Shown here one piece after another: positions 58,701-64,000 of a stretch of 64,000 bases of DNA. The stretch's first letter is position 1. Each line of letters opens with the position of its first letter. The notes beneath the pieces are model-generated. The model saw nothing but the letters and a program-made list of their open reading frames with translations, was not told the origin of the DNA and did not search any database. The position numbers were made by a program, and so were the translations under genes. Source of the stretch: Azolla caroliniana (taxonomy: Eukaryota; Plantae; Polypodiophyta); contig JBHGNT010000005.1 of the NCBI GenBank assembly GCA_043228905.1, positions 19,220,001-19,284,000 of the forward strand, written 5' to 3'.

Positions 58701-60982
58701 AGCTAGTGCAACCATTTCCCAGAACAAAAAGATATTATCGAAAATGCTTCTATCTTGTATAAAACCAGACTGCGTATCATGAATAATAGATGGCAACATA
58801 GATCGTAATCTAAAGGCAATTGTTTTTGCCACAATCTTATAAATATCATTGAGCAGTGTTATTGGCCGCCACTTAGAAACTTCATCACATTGCACATTGG
58901 ACTTAGGAATCGTGTATATCATTCCTTCCTTCCATTCCGCCGACATAGCTCCCATTGAAAAAATTAGATTAATCGCTCTAGTGAGGATAGGGCCAAGAAG
59001 ATCCCAATAATGTAAGTAGAAGCCAACTCATATTCCGTCTTTTCCTAGACAGACATCTTTACCCAAGGATTTAGTTGCAAATAGCACCTCTTGAGACGTA
59101 AATGATTGTATTAAATGAGATGTCATTTCATTAGTGATCTTCTGCTGAATAGTTGCAAGTATATCTTGTTTCTTATAAAGACTATCTGTTGTAAAAGTTG
59201 TAGCAGACAACAATTGCTGATAGTAATTTGAGACTATACCTCGCATCTCGGATTCATTTGATGTATATGATCCATCATGCCGTTTCAAGGAGGTAATAGA
59301 AACAGGTTTATATTTTCGTTTGAACTGATTGAAAATTTCTTTACTAACTCAATCTTGCTTTTGTGACCAACGAGCAACATTATGATAAAAGAAGAATGTT
59401 GAATGTGCCTATTGCTTTTCTTTTAAACTTCTTTTTACCTGCTGCAAATCAGAAAGTAGCATGGATGAAGTTGGATACCTTTCTAACAGTTTTGGTAATG
59501 TTGCAAGAGCATGCCGCAAATTGGCAATTTCTGAATTGTAGCAATACACCGAAGCGGAGACTATATTCATGAAGAAATTCTTTGTATCAAGTATGGCATC
59601 CACCATATTACGAAGAATCAAACAATCATCTGTCCAGTTGTATTTTGACCATATCTGAACAATTGACATCCGATGGCTATCATAAGATAGTAAAGGCAGA
59701 GGAATACGCCACTGCTTAGAGTATCTCTTCTTATAAAATGTAACATTTAACTTCAGAGGGTCATGGGCAGATATCGTTGATCCGGGAATAATGCCAAAGG
59801 ATCCCCCGCATCCCAAAGAAACTGCTAGCATAAAATCTATCTAGCCGAGACAAAGTAGCACTAACCACACTCCCATCTGATCTAGAAAAATGTAGGGACC
59901 CTTGTATACGTGAGAAAGATTGCACCTTCCATAAGTCAAGCAGACCAAAAGCAAAAGAGAAGGAATCCCAACACTTAGCTTCCCAACCTGAAATTGCAGT
60001 AGTTGTACCTCCTATTCTATCAGAAGCATCTTCAATCATATTAAAATTGCCTCCCACTAACCAACAATCTGCTAACCCCGCATATTCCACAAGAGACAGC
60101 CAAAAACTCGCCCTCACTGACACGGAGTTAGGAGCATAGATATTCATTAGGCCACCCTTCTGAGACCCTATTTTCATGATAAGAAATTGTGCCCGTTTAT
60201 TCATAACAGTACCTACTGACAAGATAATAGATTGCAAGTGTTGTCTAAGAGCTATACATAATCCGGCCTGACGGCTATTTGGGCCAAAGGCAGGAACCCA
60301 AAAATGAGTCCACCGTCCTGGTAAAATGGATCCATACTTTTGAATCCTATCCCTGCACAGGTGATGCTCTTGTAAAAAGAGGATATCTATGGTGCCAATA
60401 TTAGAAATACCTAAATCTGAACGTACAAGTCCTTTAAATCTGCGAAAAGCCTGACCACCCATACCTTGCACATTCCAAGAAAGAAGATGTAGGGCATCCA
60501 TATTATATAGGGTTTAGAGATGTCCTTTTCTCAAGAAGAGCATCCTGGCGTCCTTTCTTGGCTCCCTCTTGAGCTCTCATTTGTCTTTTCAAGAGCAAAT
60601 CCTTCCCTGCATACTTATGCATCCTATGTTCCTTGACCACCTTTTCAAAATTTTGCCAAAGGATCTTGTGTAAATTGAAATCCAACATGATTGTGCTCTT
60701 GGTTCATTTCCATATCCCTTGGTTGTCCTTTAGACTTATCTGAATCCACTTGTAGATTAGAGGCAACGTTTTCTTTAAACTTATTGGATATATCCAAATT
60801 AGTAGGCATAACCAAAGTTTGTTGATTCTCAGCTATTTTTATTGGTGGTTGTCCTACCACCAACTTTGGAAATGGTTAATTTGTTATTTATAAATGATTT
60901 GGTTTGGTTTCAAGGCCAAGGAACCAAACCAAACTCTTACTTCTTGCGGCCAAGGGAATTAACCGGAGTCAGCAAATACCTA
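55713..60982. mobile_element. Possible degenerate hAT-type MITE interrupted by LINE-c
   Basis: Imperfect TIRs TAGCTATGGGC / TAGGTATTTGC. Flanks ATACACCC / ATACATAC. Many GGTT/AACC subterminal motifs on both sides. Confidence 0.45.
56030..60865 (-). mobile_element. L1-clade LINE-c (different family), degenerate, 5'-truncated in ORF1
   Basis: Endonuclease LSWNVQG (59761-60501), RT WRPITLL/LDFEKAYD/RQGCP/FADD (58098-58955) and C-terminal CGFC..H (56682-56864). Ends approximate. Confidence 0.85.
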
Positions 60983-63900
60983 ATACATACTCTTATTTCT
61001 TAAGACTAGACCACTTCCAATTTAAATCATGGTCATTGGGAGGCATTGAGCTAGAATAACAAGAATCATCATTTAAAAGGGGATAATTTAATTGGCACAC
61101 AAAATAACAAGAAGTGGGTTGCATTTTTAGACCATCAATTTGGTAGTGTCAAAGTCTAATAAGTGGCCAAATAGTTAGATAATGAGTTAGTTGATCTTAG
61201 ATGTGAAAAAATTATGGTGATATTTTACCACCATGATTGATTAGTATAGTTGACATTGTTAGATAGATTTGTTTTGAGCCAATGTTAGGATGGCATAATT
61301 TGACCATCATGATTCATAATCATTTCTTCTATTCGATGAAATTTGTAAAGCTCAGAGAATTAAAGTTTAAATAAGTCAACAATTGTTTTCATAATTGGTG
61401 TAAGGAAAGTGTTGATGGCTCTTCAATATCATGGTTGTGGGTTTTCATTATGTCTGTTGATATGCTTTAATGGTCATTATTCTAATTTCCTTACTTTCCG
61501 AAAGGAACTAACAAACATTACCCATTAGGATGCCCATGGCTTAGCTAGGTCTAATCTATTTGATGGTTTTCGTACTCTTGACGTTGTGAGGGAGGATGGG
61601 ACAACACTTCAAGAAACATTCTACCTTGCATGTCTCTATTGATCAATAAGCATGTGCACGCATCAGTTTCTTTCAAATGTGCCATTGAAGCATTTGACAT
61701 ATGTATTATTACATGGTGGGTCACTATCTCGTGGGTTATCTTTAATGTCCTTTTTGTTGTGTACCTGGTTAGGGACCCCTATCACATGATAACTAGTTCT
61801 ACAACTTAAAGTATATTTAATTTTTCCTATTTCATAATATGGTCTTTCGACTAGTTCACACATGTCAAGGATTACAATGATGTCTTAGGAATATTGATTG
61901 GCAACTTATGTTACAACAAAATTACCACTCAAACACTTGTGTGTGATTTTAAACTAATCTATGATGAAGTGGATATCAAGATGAAGGCAAAATGAAGACA
62001 ACAATGGATCATGCTTAAAAACCATCCTATCACAATTTTCCATTTTTACGTTAAGTATATTCTCTTTCTTGCAAATAGCCTTTGATCTTTATCAGCCACG
62101 TTTGTCATCATTCATTCACATTTCTGAGGCAAAGTGATAAGATCACTTAGTCTTTTAAGTATTATTAATTCAACTTTCAGTGCATCAAACCCTTCCACTC
62201 TTATTATCCTACCTTGACTCATTTGCCTTTATTCCCAACTTGTGAATGTCATCTACCATGAGTTTAGGGACCCATTCATTTACTTTGCACAACACAATTG
62301 TTGTCGTGCACCCTTCCTATGTTATGATCCTAACCTTGTTCAAATGCTTGTTTTGATCCCTTTATACCCAACTATGAACATTATGTAGCATAAGTTTATG
62401 GAAATATTTGTATACTTGTGTAACATAATTGGTGTTGGACTTATTAAAAAATCATCCCTACATAACAATGCACTTTGAAGTACGATATGTTCTATTTCAT
62501 TATGAGCATCTCATTGAAGTTTTACTCACTATGAAGATTATGGTGGAATTGGACACATTAATATTAACATAAAATTCTAGACCCTTTTGAACATGATACT
62601 ATTTGGACAATCCATTTGATTCAACCATGTATAACCTTGAACTTGTAGAAATAACCCAAATTTCATGCAATGAATATTATGTTTTGTATTTTCATGGCGA
62701 AAACTATGAGCTAAAACAAATCACTTAATGTTCACAAGAGATCCCTAAGTTGTAGTGTGTGCGAATACTTTAGTTGGACATGTGTCAGAATTTCATTACA
62801 GACACTTCATCAAGGTATATGAGGTATCGTTGTTTTCGAGTTGATAATTATTATGGGTGGACAATGTTAAACACGCATGATAATAACTTTAATACTCAAA
62901 GAGAAGTCATGCACGTGAAACAATAGACAGTTGAGTAACCCATGAGTGGAAGCGATTATTCTATGGAAGTTCATGTGCCCATAGGTTAAATTGAAATGTT
63001 CGATGTGTAGCAACATTTTCTACATTATTATAAAACAATTGATTATTGACTAATATTCAATTATTATGTCTACAAGTTCGATCACATGCAATCACATTTT
63101 ATATATGTATAGTGTGTGAACTCTAGAAGCAATGGTTATTGACTAGATCCATTATACTCTCTCCTCGAAATGATGATAATATTTTACGAGGGAGTTCACA
63201 TTCATGTTATCATTTTTGCTATATGTTTGTCTATATATATAGTGTATTTAGTTTTATATATAATTTATATCCTATCATGATGTAGGCATTTTGCTTTGTA
63301 AGATATAATTATTTTTATATTATTCCTTAAGTGAATGGATTTGGTGAAGGAATTTCTGACATGTCAAGGAATCTATGGTATAATCTTCCACGAATTACTG
63401 ATATGGTACATGAGACATAGACCTTTAAACCCACTTTTTCGTTTGTTTTAAAATAGAATAGAATATAATTTTTATGGTTCACGAGGTGACCAATTTTGAC
63501 TTAAGGTACCAAATAGCATGTCAAATTGTATGTGACTCCTTCCTAAGAACACACGTTACTACTCTAGTAAAAGCTTTGCGTGTGAAAATAACACACACAC
63601 ACACACGTACTCATTGTTGACCTTTCTTGGCAGAGATTTGAGTACGTCACTTAACTTATCATGTCCATCTAATAAGATCACATGTTGACAATTAGGCTAA
63701 AAATTCATTAAGAACCAGGTTTTCATGATTTGTAGAGCTCAAATGTCGTATGTTGTTTTGTCTTGAATTGCATCACTAGTTCTCAACTCATTGGAAAATG
63801 AATGGTTAAGACCCATGAAATGAATGTATTCAAAGATAACTTGGCACTCTGAACAAATGCTAATTTACAATGAGAATACCCATACCCTTTTGATGTACAT

Positions 63901-64000
63901 GAATTTTATAGGCAACATCAAATTCGTACTCTTGTAGCCATTAGTTTACTCATTATACACTAATTTATTAATGATGATGTGAAGATTAATAATATTTAAT

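Larger units (their letters stand above)
55560..61150 (+). mobile_element. Highly degenerate RTE-like LINE remnant (55560-55712 plus 60983-61150)
   Basis: Translates to PYGVEVWG...QVKW*TPY and appears to resume beyond the MITE. Weak. Confidence 0.4.

Overview
Gene-free, transposon-packed eukaryotic DNA. A non-seed land plant such as a bryophyte, lycophyte or fern is inferred from the element types. No host gene was found. The window resolves into five nests. (1) Copia-1 (minus, RT/RH deleted) is interrupted by a non-autonomous hAT that carries a near-complete L1 LINE, and by a near-intact tRNA-Trp-primed Gypsy-A with a -1 frameshift signal. (2) Copia-2 (21485-41818) holds a solo LTR and a gag-only Trp-primed element C, which itself holds Gypsy-D with an extra 3' ORF. 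(3) A minus-strand L1 copy holds a solo LTR, which holds a young Tnt1-like Copia-3 and a second solo LTR of its own family. (4) Truncated Copia-4 holds a TRIM (E). (5) A degenerate RTE-like remnant holds a MITE, which holds a third L1. The most striking signal is that Gypsy-D and TRIM-E have no polypurine tract. Exactly 2 nt before the 3' LTR they carry a sense copy of the tRNA-Arg(UCU) T-arm and 3' end, split by a small hairpin. This suggests plus-strand priming by a second tRNA or a tRNA mimic. The two Trp-primed Gypsy elements and a solo LTR with similar termini also show 4-bp NCGT target duplications.
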